A stretch of DNA of 64,000 bases from assembly GCF_006345805.1 (NCBI RefSeq), contig NC_043000.1, forward strand, positions 29,078,001-29,142,000. Reading direction: 5' to 3'. Of this stretch, positions 13,488 to 25,570 are shown in pieces. Below the pieces are notes generated by a model. The model was not told the DNA's origin. It was given only the letters and a program-made list of their open reading frames with translations, and searched no databases. The stretch is from Octopus sinensis (taxonomy: Eukaryota). Positions within the stretch are counted from its first letter, which is position 1, and each line of letters opens with the position of its first letter. A program made the translations under genes and the position numbers.

Positions 13488-15109
13488 ATCTCTCTCCGAC
13501 GTTCCACACAATGGAAATAAACGTTTGAGTGTTATCTTGTAGATTTGAGTTCCGAATGAACTTCTTTTACTAGCTTCATTAGTTGCTGACACCAGATCTT
13601 CCTTCTCAAAATTTTTTATTGAATAACCAAGATCAAATTCAATTACATTTTTTCAGTAATTACTTTAGAAAATCTTCTACTTTAGTAATGTCTAAACGTT
13701 CGGGTACAGCAATAAAAGTAGTAATTCTCTTGTGAAATTACTGTCTGCTTTAAAAACTTGGTACACGACCTGACGTGTTCTATCAGTCACCTTTCTTGGA
13801 CTTCACTGATCTTTATATTCACAGTGACATCCTGTTACTACCAAAAACTGTCGCTGTTTTCTGTTTTCTTTTTTGTTTTGTTTTTTTTTTTTTGCAGACG
13901 ATATTTTCGTTTTACTTATTAACAGACAATTCACAGCTATTTTTAATGCTAATTACTGTGGCGGATTTTATTTAATTAATTTTTATTTCAGCAATAAATG
14001 GCCGTCGAGATTTACTATAATCTTAAGCTGGTTTGGGGTCAGAAAAAGTGCATTAGTAACATAGTTGTGTAGTATGCATATTTACCTCCTCTAATCAATC
14101 AACAAATATCTCTACCCCAGCCTCATGGCCCATTAAAATCTTGTGTGTAGAATTTAGTATACCGAAAGTATTGTGGAAGGTAGTCGGAAAGACGATCCGA
14201 ATTTTGGTGGGTAGTATACATAATCCGGCATCTGGTTTAATACCTATATCTGGCCATTAATTGTCTTCAGTGGAGTACACACTTTTTCAGCCATTTGAAT
14301 CAGGTCCCCAGTTAATATAACTTCCTCCTTTGCGCCCATCAATCTCAGATGTCCTCAAAAACCATTATGAAAGTTGTCCTTCATTTTCTGAACAAGCAAT
14401 TAATAGAAATACTTAAACGAAGAATCGGAATTGTAATTTATCTAACATTAAATCTCAGCCTATGGTTGTTTGAGCTAATAACATCTTTTGTTTATTTTTG
14501 TTCTTCATTTTTGTTTTCATTTTATTTTGTTTCATTTAGAGGGAGTGGTTGTTGTTGTTGTTGTTGTTGTTGTTTATTTATTGGGGGCGCCGCATTTTCC
14601 TCTCCATTTGATTAGTATGCCGCTCTCTGTGATAGGAAACAGGTGTTTTTATTTCGTTTTCGCTAACACAGATCTTGTAATAAGGACCTATTTAAGTAAG
14701 TAACTCTCAGTTAATAGCATCTTACATTTAAATGAACCGACTGTCAAGTCTTTATCCCACTAATCTACTCCGTCTATGAAATGATCTCTTCTAATCCACA
14801 TATAAATCGTCTAATTATATGTCTGCACATATCCATAAATAAAGAGTTCGATCGGTTAGCTTCTTCTGGTCTGTAATTACTGCAGAATTTCAGTATAATT
14901 TATTATATTACATTTAGAATAGCATTTTCGATGGGTGAGTCTGTAGATCGCCTGACTAAATGTTTTATGGCAATTGGTTCGATATCTCGCTGTCCTTCAC
15001 TTTGTCTTTCGTTAATATACTAAAGTCGATTCAATTCTTCCTCTTGCAGAAATTTGTCTTCTGTCTTCACGAAAGACTAGTTCTTATACTTTGTTAAAGC
15101 AACGCGTTT

Positions 15110-15930
15110 TGCAGAATCGTTAAAGCGTCGGACAAAAATATATTGAAGCATTTTCCTGACATTTTTCATTCTGAGTTCAAATTCCACTAAAGTCAACTTT
15201 GTTTTTCAGCTTTCTGGGGTCGATGGAATAAAGTAGCAGTAAAATACTGAGATTGATATAACCAACTAATACCCTCCTACAAAATGGCTTTGTTTAGAAA
15301 CAATAATTAAAAGCGGTAGGCTTACTAAATAGGTAGAGCGTTGGCATTCGTTACGCTTATTGGCATTCGTTACGGTTTTTTGTTTAGGTTTTGAGTTCAA
15401 GTCTCAACGAGGTCGACTTTGCCTTTCATCCCTCGAGGTCGATAAAATAAATTACCAAGTTAATGGAATTAATATAATCAGAACACTCTTCCTCCCTAAA
15501 ATTTCATGCCTTGTGTGTATATTAGAACATCTGTTAAAGACAAGAGATTGCCGGAATCAGTAGAGCGTCGAACAAAATGCTGCGCGCTATTTCTTTCGGC
15601 TCTTTGCACTCTTAGTTTAAATCCCGCCGAGGTCAAATTTGCCTTTCATTTCCTCGAGGTAGATCGTATAAAGTACCAGTAAGATACCGGGGTCGATATA
15701 ATCGGATATTTCCCTCCCCAAGATTTCAAGATTTGTAGCTATGTTAGACAGAATTATACTACTTAGTTAGAGTGGCGAATTGGTTGAATCGTCAGAGTCA
15801 CGGACCTAACGTCTTACGACATTTGTTCCGGCTTCATATATTTAAAGTTCAAATCCCGCTGAGGTCACTTGCTTTTCTCCTTTCTTTGGACGATAAAATA
15901 AAGAACTAGTCAAGTATTGGGATAGAATGA
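15110..15930 (+). mobile_element. Cluster of four diverged SINE B copies, all + strand
   Basis: Core ttcaaa(t)tcc(g)c(c)gaggtc(g)actttgcctttcatcc at about 15175, 15400, 15620, 15850. Confidence 0.75.
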
Positions 15931-16022
15931 AGAATGAGCAAATGGAGGAATGTGTGAATAAAGGAATATATAATGCTCATATGAAAGAATGTAGAATATT
16001 TGTATGTCTGCATCTTTCGTAG

Positions 16023-16255
16023 AATATTCTGCACAGCCAAGTATATTGCCGTTCGAGAATTTGGATCTGGAGATCTCCATTTCCAGCGACTTCGAGGGCT
16101 ACTTTCCAGTGGTGTCGAGCGTCAACGAAGAGCCCTCGACTACAACAAGACGACCAAAGTTTTTTTTCCCGACCCTAAGCCCTAGACCATCACCTAATCA
16201 CCCTTACCCGCCTTGTTGCTCAACAGCAACAGCCAAATTTATTGCGTCTTTTTAG
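16023..16255 (+). CDS. Candidate terminal coding exon of an unidentified gene (S/T/P-rich)
   Basis: Acceptor tctttcgtag|; open frame EYSAQPSILPFENLDLEISISSDFEGYFPVVSSVNEEPSTTTRRPKFFFPTLSPRPSPNHPYPPCCSTATAKFIASF*; non-repetitive, GC-richer island; no recognisable homology. Confidence 0.3.
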
Positions 16256-16504
16256 TATAAAAACATCGTCCGAACATAAAATCGACACCTTTTGCTAGTC
16301 TTGAACAGATATCTCATAATTGTTCATGCCATAGAAAATCCTAAGTTTAGTCTTATTGCTCAGTTGTAAATTGATGATATATAAATTTTATGGTTAAGTA
16401 TATATGCCATTACATCATTATTCAACAGTACTTTGTTGATGAACAATGAGGATGAATAATGTTGATGAATAAAGCTTTTCAATCCCATGGATTCGGGTTC
16501 AGGG

Positions 16505-16618
16505 TTAGGGTTCAGTCCCACTGCACAGCACCTTGGACAAGTGAGATATACTATAACCCAGGGGCGAGTGAAAGCCTGGTGAGTGAATTTGGTAGACAGA
16601 AACTGTGAAAGACCGTCG

Positions 16619-16713
<95 letters not shown>

Positions 16714-16947
16714 ATGTGTTTGTTTTGTGCTTGTACTCCTACCCCGCCTCACCGCTTGACAACTGATGTTTTTTTATTACTTTTCCGTAACTTCCGAAAC
16801 TATGTTCAGCAAAAGGGACCGACAGAATAAATACCAAATTTCAAAATAGAAACAAATAAGTACCGGGATTTGATTTCTTCGACTAAATTCCTCTGGGTGT
16901 CCCATTCTAGCCTCAGTCTAATGACTGAAACAAGTAAAATATAAAAG
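16505..16947 (+). mobile_element. SINE family A with internal (GATA)n
   Basis: Partial head, (GATA)n 16619-16712, tail. Confidence 0.8.
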
Positions 16948-17819
16948 ACACATAATACGTTGCTGGATTTTCTTTTCAATCTATTCTGTATTAAAATCGA
17001 CTTTTTAAAAGTCTTTCATCGTGACTATGCTAATGATACTTCATCCAGTTGAGGTGATATATTTGTATAACATTTTTGTGCTTTATAAATAATGATAAGA
17101 AGTGTCTCTCCTGCTTAGACTAGCTTATAGTGCAATCAACCACTCTGCATTTTTTGTGATAAGTGATATTATAAAGTCGTGTGATATTTCGTGAAAATTG
17201 GAAACATACGGTATTATTTAAGAAATTAAGTATACAGACTAAATGCAAATGTGGACATATAGTTATTTATGTTAATAGAGGGAAAACTATCCTTCTTTTT
17301 ATATTATATTTATTTTATTCTCTTGATATTTTCTTCATATCCCTCAATTGAATTATAAATGTAATGAGCAAGTTCACGGAGGTTATTTCACTAAGATTTT
17401 GTAATTAGCTATTTTCATGACCTTGATACAGAGGGAGAATAGATAAATGCTTAGTGTTTGTTTCAACGTCTACATACTTGATAATATAGGAAATTAACAT
17501 CGACAAAACTATGTGTAAGTGGGTGTACTGTAAAGTAAAACGAATAAAAGTAATCTTGTTATTTTGTCTTGAGAAATTAGATAAAAATCTTTAAAATCTT
17601 TCGGAAATGATTGTATGTGACAGATGGGATTTTGTTCGGAAAAACATTGTTAAAGACAATGACTACACAAGAAAAATTAGCAAATAAAGAGAATTGGAAT
17701 AAGAAGAATAAAATAGATAATGTCTTCTAGAACTATTGACCGAATGCGGGAAAGATGAAAATAAAAAGTAAAACTAAGAGGTAGACGAGAAAGATAGAAA
17801 TATATATAGTTAATTTCTG

Positions 17820-17821
<2 letters not shown>

Positions 17822-17912
<91 letters not shown>
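17822..17912. repeat. (GT)n microsatellite
   Basis: Direct reading. Confidence 0.95.
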
Positions 17913-17917
<5 letters not shown>

Positions 17918-18649
17918 AATGTAAGAGAAGCAGAGCCCGGTAAAATGTTGTCAGATAAACAATAAGAAATAACAAACCAAAATAAAATATGAAGTCTTTG
18001 GGGATAAATTGAGTGGAAACTGAAGTATAACAGAACAAAAAGAAGCAAAAACTATCAAAATTTTCAAAAAAAAAATGTCTCAATTGTCAAATATTGTTAT
18101 CATCTTTCCCTTTAATAATCTCAGTACATTTTTCATTAACAAGCAGACGACAATTCGCTGCGCTAACAATGGCTTCTCATAAGAACAGAGATTGTAAGCT
18201 TTGTCATATAATCAAAGATTGTAAGCATTGTTATATTTCAGGAAAGAAGAAAATATCTGAACAAAAAAACTTATATTAAATGACCTTCTTTTTCTAAACT
18301 GCTTCAAAGTAACATTTTCAATATCATTTTTTTACTACTATTTATAATTTCTAATGCTGCCTCTGTTACAGTAGCTATTGGTGGTGTTGTTGTCGTTGTT
18401 GCAAAATGTTTCAGAAGCAGAGGTTATTTCTATACAAAGTTATTCGTAGTGATTTATTTCTTCGTGTTTTGTTGTTGCTGCTGTTCTTGTTGTTGTTTCT
18501 TAGATATCTATTTGTATAATGCTCTTTGTTGTTATTGTAGTTAAATTAATATTTCATAGCCCCATAATTAATCAATGGACAAAGGTGGAAAAATTAGCAA
18601 CATTTCTATGTTACCATGTTGCTATTTCCTCTTCAATATTTTAATAATT

Positions 18650-18705
<56 letters not shown>

Positions 18706-18948
18706 GGTCTTTATAATATCCATTTTACTATGCTAAAAACAATGATGTTAATTATAATTACATTTTCGATATTAGTGGACTCAACATCTATCAAAAAGAA
18801 GAGAGAAAATGTATTGCAAAGTAAAAAAAAAACGAGGTGCAAAATATTTTTCATATTAAATGGATGCAAGATATGTATTCATAAAACATAGAATTGTGGG
18901 AGAATGAGTGATCTGGTGCCTTTTATGCCTCAAAGAAGGAGACAATTA

Positions 18949-19379
18949 GGATTTTTCGGTTTGAACGGCAGTTTTTCTAGCGGTTTCATATGAAATTGTC
19001 ACCCATAATTATGACCCTAGTATCGATCTATTGCATTTCAATCTGTTTTAGGGTTAGGGTTAGTTAGGGTTAGGGTTAGGGGTGGGAGGAAGGGTAGCTT
19101 GTTTTCTTCAGAAATGTAAATAAACCCAATCTGTTTCTTAAATGAGGGACATATTCATACGGCACAGAATGTTTTCACCTCAATAGACGTCATTGATTGG
19201 TTGAAATTGCAGAAATTGAAGAAAAACAACAAGAAATATCTAACAAACTATAGAATTTTCTCAATAAAGCCAAGAGAAAAAGATGTTTTATAAACACATT
19301 CTACCCGTATACGAAGTTTAAAAGTGTTTAGTTACGTGGAAATTATTTTTAAAAACTGCCGGTCAAACCGAAAAGTACC
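18949..19379. mobile_element. Non-autonomous TIR element (Merlin-like MITE) with internal TTAGGG repeats
   Basis: About 28-bp TIRs ggatttttcggtttgaacggcagttttt / aaaaactgccggtcaaaccgaaaagtacc, GG..CC termini, perfect 8-bp TSD gacaatta. Confidence 0.8.
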
Positions 19380-20077
19380 GACAATTACTCTTGTTTTGCC
19401 TTCTCTAATACTTCCCTATCCTTCGTTATTCTTCTGTAAAGTTAATAAACATTTAATTAAATGTAACGTAATGCTTAATGTTTTAAACACCCTTGATTCA
19501 TAACTATGTCGTCCTGAAGAAATTCAACGAGATCGAAATAGTAACTGTATATGTGTGTTAATGATTTTGTACTAAAAAGAAAAATTAAAAGGAAGAAAAT
19601 TTAATAAAATTGAAAATGGTGTTCCAGTATGGCCGCAGTTTAATGACTGAAACAAGTAAAAATAAAAGAAAATATATGCATGGATTTTTTTTATTCCTTT
19701 CACCAACGAAAATCAAAACTTATAGATTCCGAATAAGGCGATTTTTTCCATTGCTATTGAGGCTTCCAGCCAATAAGCTAAGATCTATCAAAAAGTTATC
19801 TAAGAAGAATTATCATATTGGAGAGGAATTTCCTGGATTATTTCTTCTTTGTAATAGTAACTCAGATTATTATCATGTTTCTTTTTCATTCTGTTAATGT
19901 CCTTTCTTTTTTCTTTCCTTTTTTTCATTAAATTTCAAAGTTATGCAGTTGTGCTTAAAAATTCCTTTGCTGCGGACTTAACACATTCGTTAAATTTCCG
20001 CTAAGTTTGTTCAGATTGAGAAAGTCCCCTTTCTTTACATACATATCCTTAAAATATGATACAATAACCGATTTTGG

Positions 20078-20280
20078 TGAGCTGGCAGAATCGTTCGCAT
20101 GCTGGACAAAATGCTTTGCGAAATTTCGTCCGTCTTTACGTTTTGAATTCAAATTCCACCAAGGTTGACTTTGCCTTTCGGGGTCGATAAAATAAGTACC
20201 AGTTAAACACTAGAGCCAATGTAATCAACTTACTACCTCATCCGAAATTGCTGGACTGGTGCCAATATTTGAAATCAATA
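20078..20280 (+). mobile_element. SINE family B
   Basis: ggtgagctggcagaatcgtt..ttcaaattccaccaaggttgactttgcctttcggggtcgataaaataagtacc. Confidence 0.8.
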
Positions 20281-20438
20281 AGATACAATGACTGATCAAT
20301 CTACAATTGCAGAACAAAACAAATTTAACAATCCATAATTGTCTTATGATGATTTGCTCTTCAAAACTGACTTTCCAAACATCCTCAAAACAGAAACCAA
20401 ACTTCCTCGTTCGTTGATGCTAATATAATAAAGCAAAC

Positions 20439-20723
20439 GGATATTTGTCCTCATCTTGATTGTTGTTAACACAACGTTTCGGCTGAAACACCCTCCAGCC
20501 TTCATCAGGTGTCTTGGGGAAATTTTGAACCTGGGTAAGGTATTCTTCGATGTTATTATTATTATTATTATTATTGTTGTTGTTGTTGTTGTTGTTGCTG
20601 TTCAGGTCACTGCTTGGAATCGAATTCAGAATCTTGGGGTTAGTAGCCCGCGCTCTTAACCACTACGCCATATGTAAATAATGTAAATAATGTACATAAT
20701 TCCTCATCTTTTAAATATAGAAC
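20439..20723 (-). mobile_element. tRNA-headed, hammerhead-bearing retroposon (family G) with 15-bp TSD
   Basis: TSD tataataaagcaaac at 20424-20438 and 20724-20738; box A-like TGGCGTAGTGG and box B-like GAATTCGATTCC; HHR near the 3' end. Confidence 0.8.
20468..20513 (-). ncRNA. Minimal type I hammerhead ribozyme, intact core
   Basis: rc GACAC-CUGAUGA-A-GGCUGGA-gggugu-UUCAGCC-GAAAC-GU-U-GUGUU: stem I 5 bp, stem II 7 bp, palindromic ACGU stem III. Confidence 0.85.
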
Positions 20724-21079
20724 TATAATAAAGCAAACTCTAAAGAAAAAGACCCTTTTCCACGAAGAAATTATCCTAACCCGAGAACAACTGACAACCG
20801 TTCGCAAAGAATTGTAAGCTCAACTAAAAGTGGACACTGTCTTTCTCCAACGCACATCCATCAATCTCTTCCATACTGAATGACAAGACTATTAATTCTT
20901 AACTAATCTTTAATAGTTCTTAACCAAGATTTAATAACACTTTAATCCACTGACACGTTTTTGTTGTAATTTTAGGAAAGACGATCAGTACTGCACTTAC
21001 TGCCTGGGTTAATAAGCAGTAAGAAATTTTTTTATGTTCTCCTTTGATATTTCTTACGCTCTACAATGGTTCTCTATTA

Positions 21080-21300
21080 TTTATTGGAATGTCATATCAT
21101 AGAGCTACATACTTTGTTTTCCTATACATGCTCAACCATGCCTGACTAAGATATTTCTCTTCTATTTCAGGCATTTTTATGTTCCTTGAGTTTGACCTGC
21201 AAAGACCGCCTAGCTTCTCTTTCCAGAAAACCTTCTGTACAAGAGTTATTGTAGATGTAATTTTTATGTTCTGATCACTCTTGAGTATGTTTAACTTTGG
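21080..21300 (-). mobile_element. Decayed PLE GIY-YIG endonuclease remnant
   Basis: GLCRSKLKEHKNA..SGMVEHV resembles the GETGR..RLKEH..SGMAEH region of PLE endonucleases. Confidence 0.4.
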
Positions 21301-21754
21301 TGAGGCGACTACGATCTGTGATGTTACTTAATGTTATACGTGAAATAGATTCTCTGGTTTATCTGGGGAAAAAATATTTGCGGTAAGTTTGGCTTGTTGT
21401 AAGTTTGAGCCAACTTCTATTTTGTGCTTAAAAGTGGAAGTGAGACTCATATGATGGGTGGTGGATTGTTATTCACGAGTTTATTTTTAGTTGTCATCTT
21501 TAAAAGCTGATTCATTGGTGCAGATCTTCTTTGCTCGATATTGTAGGCATTTGACAATAATTTTCTTAATGCTGTAAGCATAGTAAAATTCATCTTTAGA
21601 TAGAGTCCAGTGGCTGCTGATGTTCAATACAGAGATGTTTTGACTACTGGTTTTGTTCTTTGTACCTCTGTACAACAAATAATGATAGTTGATTGTTCCT
21701 TTCTTTCTCTTTGGTAAACATAGTTCAAATATAGAGAGTCCATATAGTCTACAA

Positions 21755-22289
21755 CAGTGGTTCCCAAACTTTTTCAAGTTGCCGTCCCCTTGACACCCGG
21801 GCCACATTCCTAGCGCCCCCCATCCCAACTAACCATCACAATCATAGACCTCTTTCTGAAGCAAATTCAAAACAACTGTATTTCACAAATAAAACTTAAC
21901 CTAGTGAACCCATTATTTTGTTCTTTTTACATTGACAACTTCCAACAAAATAAGTTTCACGGGATTTCATCCGTTAGTAACCTTACTATTCTACTTGATT
22001 GTCTACTAATTCTCCACTACGGAGACTCCTGAGGAGTTAAACGAAAGTTTTTCCGGAGCCAACAGTAAATTATATATTGGTTCGAGTATGAAAGCCAAAG
22101 CTATATTAATAAAAAATTTTCTCAGTGGAATCATACGACATGACCACAGAACACTGTGAAAGTTTCGTCAAAATAATGATGTTGAAGTGTAAACCTAAGA
22201 ACAAAGATTTCAATAACAACACCTCTTCATACAATAAATGAGACAAAATAATCCTGTAGCGGTGTCCGGGAGCTTCTTAAGAAACCACC
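21755..22289. mobile_element. hAT-like non-autonomous element
   Basis: Left end cagtggttcccaaactttt; degenerate right end aagaaaccacc. Confidence 0.4.
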
Positions 22290-22299
22290 TTTAATCCTC

Positions 22300-22700
22300 A
22301 TACATTTCCCCGAAAAACTAGCGTTTCTTTCATTTTTTTATCATTCCGGATGGTGGATATGCGAATGAAGAAACGTCCCTCAAAATTGCTTTCGTACATA
22401 CCGATATATATTTTCTCTCTGTATATGCTATCCACTGAATAATTATCATGGTTCAAAAGCCAAGTTCTTTCTTTAGCAAGCAACCAGTTCAATTTAACTC
22501 TGCAATTTCATCTGAACTCTTGAATGTTGTTTTCCAATTTTGCTACCACGGTTCTTTGTGCAGCTGTAACTAACTTTGAAACTTTTGTTTTTTCTGAATA
22601 GCTTATTGTACTTGTGTCAAGGAGGGGAGTTCCTTCCGATTAATACCAAAGTTACAGTAGTTAGAAAAGTGTTAAATTGTTACACCACGAATGAAAGGTA
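22300..22700 (-). mobile_element. Possible decayed mariner remnant
   Basis: WLLNHDN (cf. WLLHHDNAPAH) in ORF 22298..22492. Confidence 0.3.
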
Positions 22701-23026
22701 AAAGAAACTATGCAGATTTGTTGAAACATGTGTGGCGGTCTTCTTCTTCCAATCAGGACTCACGCCATTAGCCACAAAGAATAATCTCTAATTCGAGCCT
22801 ACTCTAAGCTAACTTGAAGATCCAGCCACCACACGCGATAGACTGGCGGTTGCACGGATGCAAGGGTTACGTTGTTATCCTCATTCCGTAAACGGTGACT
22901 TTTAACGGGTGGAGAGCTGAACCATCCTGTGGTACAGAGGATTCGCAATCTAGACTAGGGTCTGAAAGTTTACCACATCATAGTAGGTTACACCATGGTT
23001 CCTCTGTTTTGTGGAAGAAGTAGGAA

Positions 23027-23212
23027 GAAAGAGTGAGAGAAAGTTGTGGTGAAAGAGAACAGCGGGGTTCACCGCCCCCCTTCCCTGCCGGAGACTCGTG
23101 GAGCTTAGGTGTTTTGCTCAATAAGCACTCACAATGCCCGGTCTGGAAATCGAAACCGCGTTCTTACGACCGCGAGACCACTGCCCTAACCACTGGGCCA
23201 TTGCACCTCACT
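23027..23212 (-). mobile_element. SINE family C head and body
   Basis: rc ggtgcaatggcccagtggttagggcagtggtctcgcggtcg..ttcgatttccagaccggg, same as 41297 and 46595. Confidence 0.8.
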
Positions 23213-23811
23213 GTGTGGCAGTTGGAGGACGTGTGTATGGAAAACTTAGAATATTAACAGACTAGCACAACAACATAAAAAATTAAGCAAAATACGAACG
23301 ACTGAGAAATATTATATTTACTCAGTCTTTTTACCACCTCTGTACAAACCAAAACCTTTCTCCAGAACTACAATCCTTTGCAATTCCCTTTCCATTATAG
23401 TTTTTCACTGCAGCCTGCAATAATTCAAAATGCACATTAAGAAGCACTAATTTCCCTTAATATCCCAATTTCCACTCCAATAAACTACGGACGCTCTTAC
23501 TTAGAAAAATTAAGGGAATTAATGAAGGCAGTTAATTATATCTCTATCCCTGCTTAATTTAGTAATTTCCAATCTAATTTGCAGGCGATTAGAAGTGGAA
23601 GATGTTTTACAAGATATGCTGGTGGTGTCTGCTTTACATTTTAAATACTTCTCAGACGATATTGATGCTGTTATCTTAATACAATGTTTGTTACGAGGTA
23701 TTTACTCTTGAATCTGATGTTTACCAAAAGATATTTACAAGTGAATACAACGTTTACTATGCGATATTTACAAGTAAGCTGTGTTCTTAAATGTTGCTAA
23801 TTTATGCATCT

Positions 23812-24052
23812 TTTTTTTTATTTTTTTACTTGTTTCTGTCATCAAATTGCGGCCGTGCTGGGGCACCTCTTCAAATGGTTTTAGCAGAACAAATCGATTC
23901 CAGTACTTATTCTTTAAGTCTGGTACTGTGCTTATTTTATTGGATAATGGGACGTAAGCAAACGAACAGCGGTCATCAGGCAGCGGCTAACAGACATACG
24001 CACGCACATATATACATATATCACACACACACATACATACGTACATACTTAC

Positions 24053-24098
<46 letters not shown>

Positions 24099-24432
24099 AG
24101 AGTTTACGAAAAAAAACAAAAGACGAAGACAGGTGGTGTACTAAACAAACAGACATATTAGTATAACGCTCAGAAATAGAAAAAGTCTTTTACGTTTCGA
24201 GCCGACGCTCTTCTACAGAAAAGGACACAGAAAAAAAACAAGGAGAGAAAAATATGTGTGTAGTGGCTAACGATCTATCATGGCTAGCTTCCACACAGTT
24301 TCCGTCAAGCAAATTCATTCACATGGTATTGGTCGGTCTGAGGCAATAGAAGAGACACTTGCCCGTGCCACACAGTGGGACTGAATCCCAAACCAGGTGG
24401 TTGCGAAGTCAGCTTCTAAACCACACAGCCAG
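23812..24432 (-). mobile_element. SINE family A interrupted in its (TA)n by an E1 hammerhead element
   Basis: A tail 23812-24000, microsatellite, E1 24096-24285, A head 24286-24432. Confidence 0.75.
24096..24285 (-). mobile_element. Family E1 short PLE-derived element with HHR-like motif
   Basis: Copies at 24096, 24851, 41740 (+) and 61041; motif CUGUAGA-A-GAGC-GUCG-GCUC-GAAAC-GU-A. Confidence 0.75.
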
Positions 24433-24785
24433 ACCTGAGAGATACTCCCTCTTGCCAATAAGGAAACCATTAGATTTTTCCCTCAATGGCACCCGGAATA
24501 AATCCATCTACCTAATAAAATCTTTCCTTACTACAAAATTCTATGGTTGCTCTCTATCTCTCTCTTTCCTTCTCTCTTTCTTTCTCTTTCTCTTTCTTTA
24601 TTTCTTTCTCTCTCCCTTTCTTGCTCTCTCTCTTTCTCTCTCTTTCTCTCTCTTTCTCTCCCTTCCTCTATCTCTCTCAGGCTCTTTTTTCTCTCACTCA
24701 CTCGGACTCTCTCACTCTCTCTCTCTCTCTTTCTCTATCTCTCTCGGGCTCTTTTTTCTCTCACTCTCACTCTCTCAAACTCTCT

Positions 24786-24834
<49 letters not shown>

Positions 24835-25401
24835 TATATATATATATATAGGGAGAGTTTACGAAAAAAAACAAAAGACGAAGACAGGTGGTGTACTAAA
24901 CAAACAGACATATTAGTATAACGCTCAGAAATAGAAAAAGTCTTTTACGTTTCGAGCCGACGCTCTTCTACAGAAAAGGACACAGAAAAAAAACAAGGAG
25001 AGAAAAATATGTGTGTAGTGGCTAACGATCTATCATGGCTAGCTTCCACACAGTTTCCGTCAAGCAAATTCATTCACATGGTATTGGTCGGTCTGAGGCA
25101 ATAGAAGAGACACTTGCCCGTGCCACACAGTGGGACTGAATCCCAAACCAGGTGGTTGCGAAGTCAGCTTCTAAACCACACAGCCAGACCTGAGAGATAC
25201 TCCCTCTTGCCAATAAGGAAACCATTAGATTTTTCCCTCAATGGCACCCGGAATAAATCCATCTACCTAATAAAATCTTTCCTTACTACAAAATTCTATG
25301 GTTGCTCTCTATCTCTCTCTTTCCTTCTCTCTTTCTTTCTCTTTCTCTTTCTCTTTCTCTTTCTTTATTTCTTTCTCTCTCCCTTTCTTGCTCTCTCTCT
25401 T

Positions 25402-25436
<35 letters not shown>

Positions 25437-25570
25437 TTCTCTTTGTCTCCCTTCCTCTATCTCTCTCAGGCTCTTTTTTCTCTCACTCACTCGGACTCTC
25501 TCACTCTCTCTCTCTCTCTCTTTCTCTATCTCTCTCGGGCTCTTTTTTCTCTCACTCTCACTCTCTCAAA

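Noticed and set aside
14918-14940. Micro-exon ending ATGG|gtgagt
   Set aside because: A donor match alone is expected by chance in 64 kb; no supporting frame
14100-15050. Possible decayed LINE endonuclease (EEVILTGDL) on the - strand
   Set aside because: Single weak motif in broken frames
19050-19082. TTAGGG tract as a true telomere or fusion site
   Set aside because: Only about five units, and internal to a TIR element with a TSD
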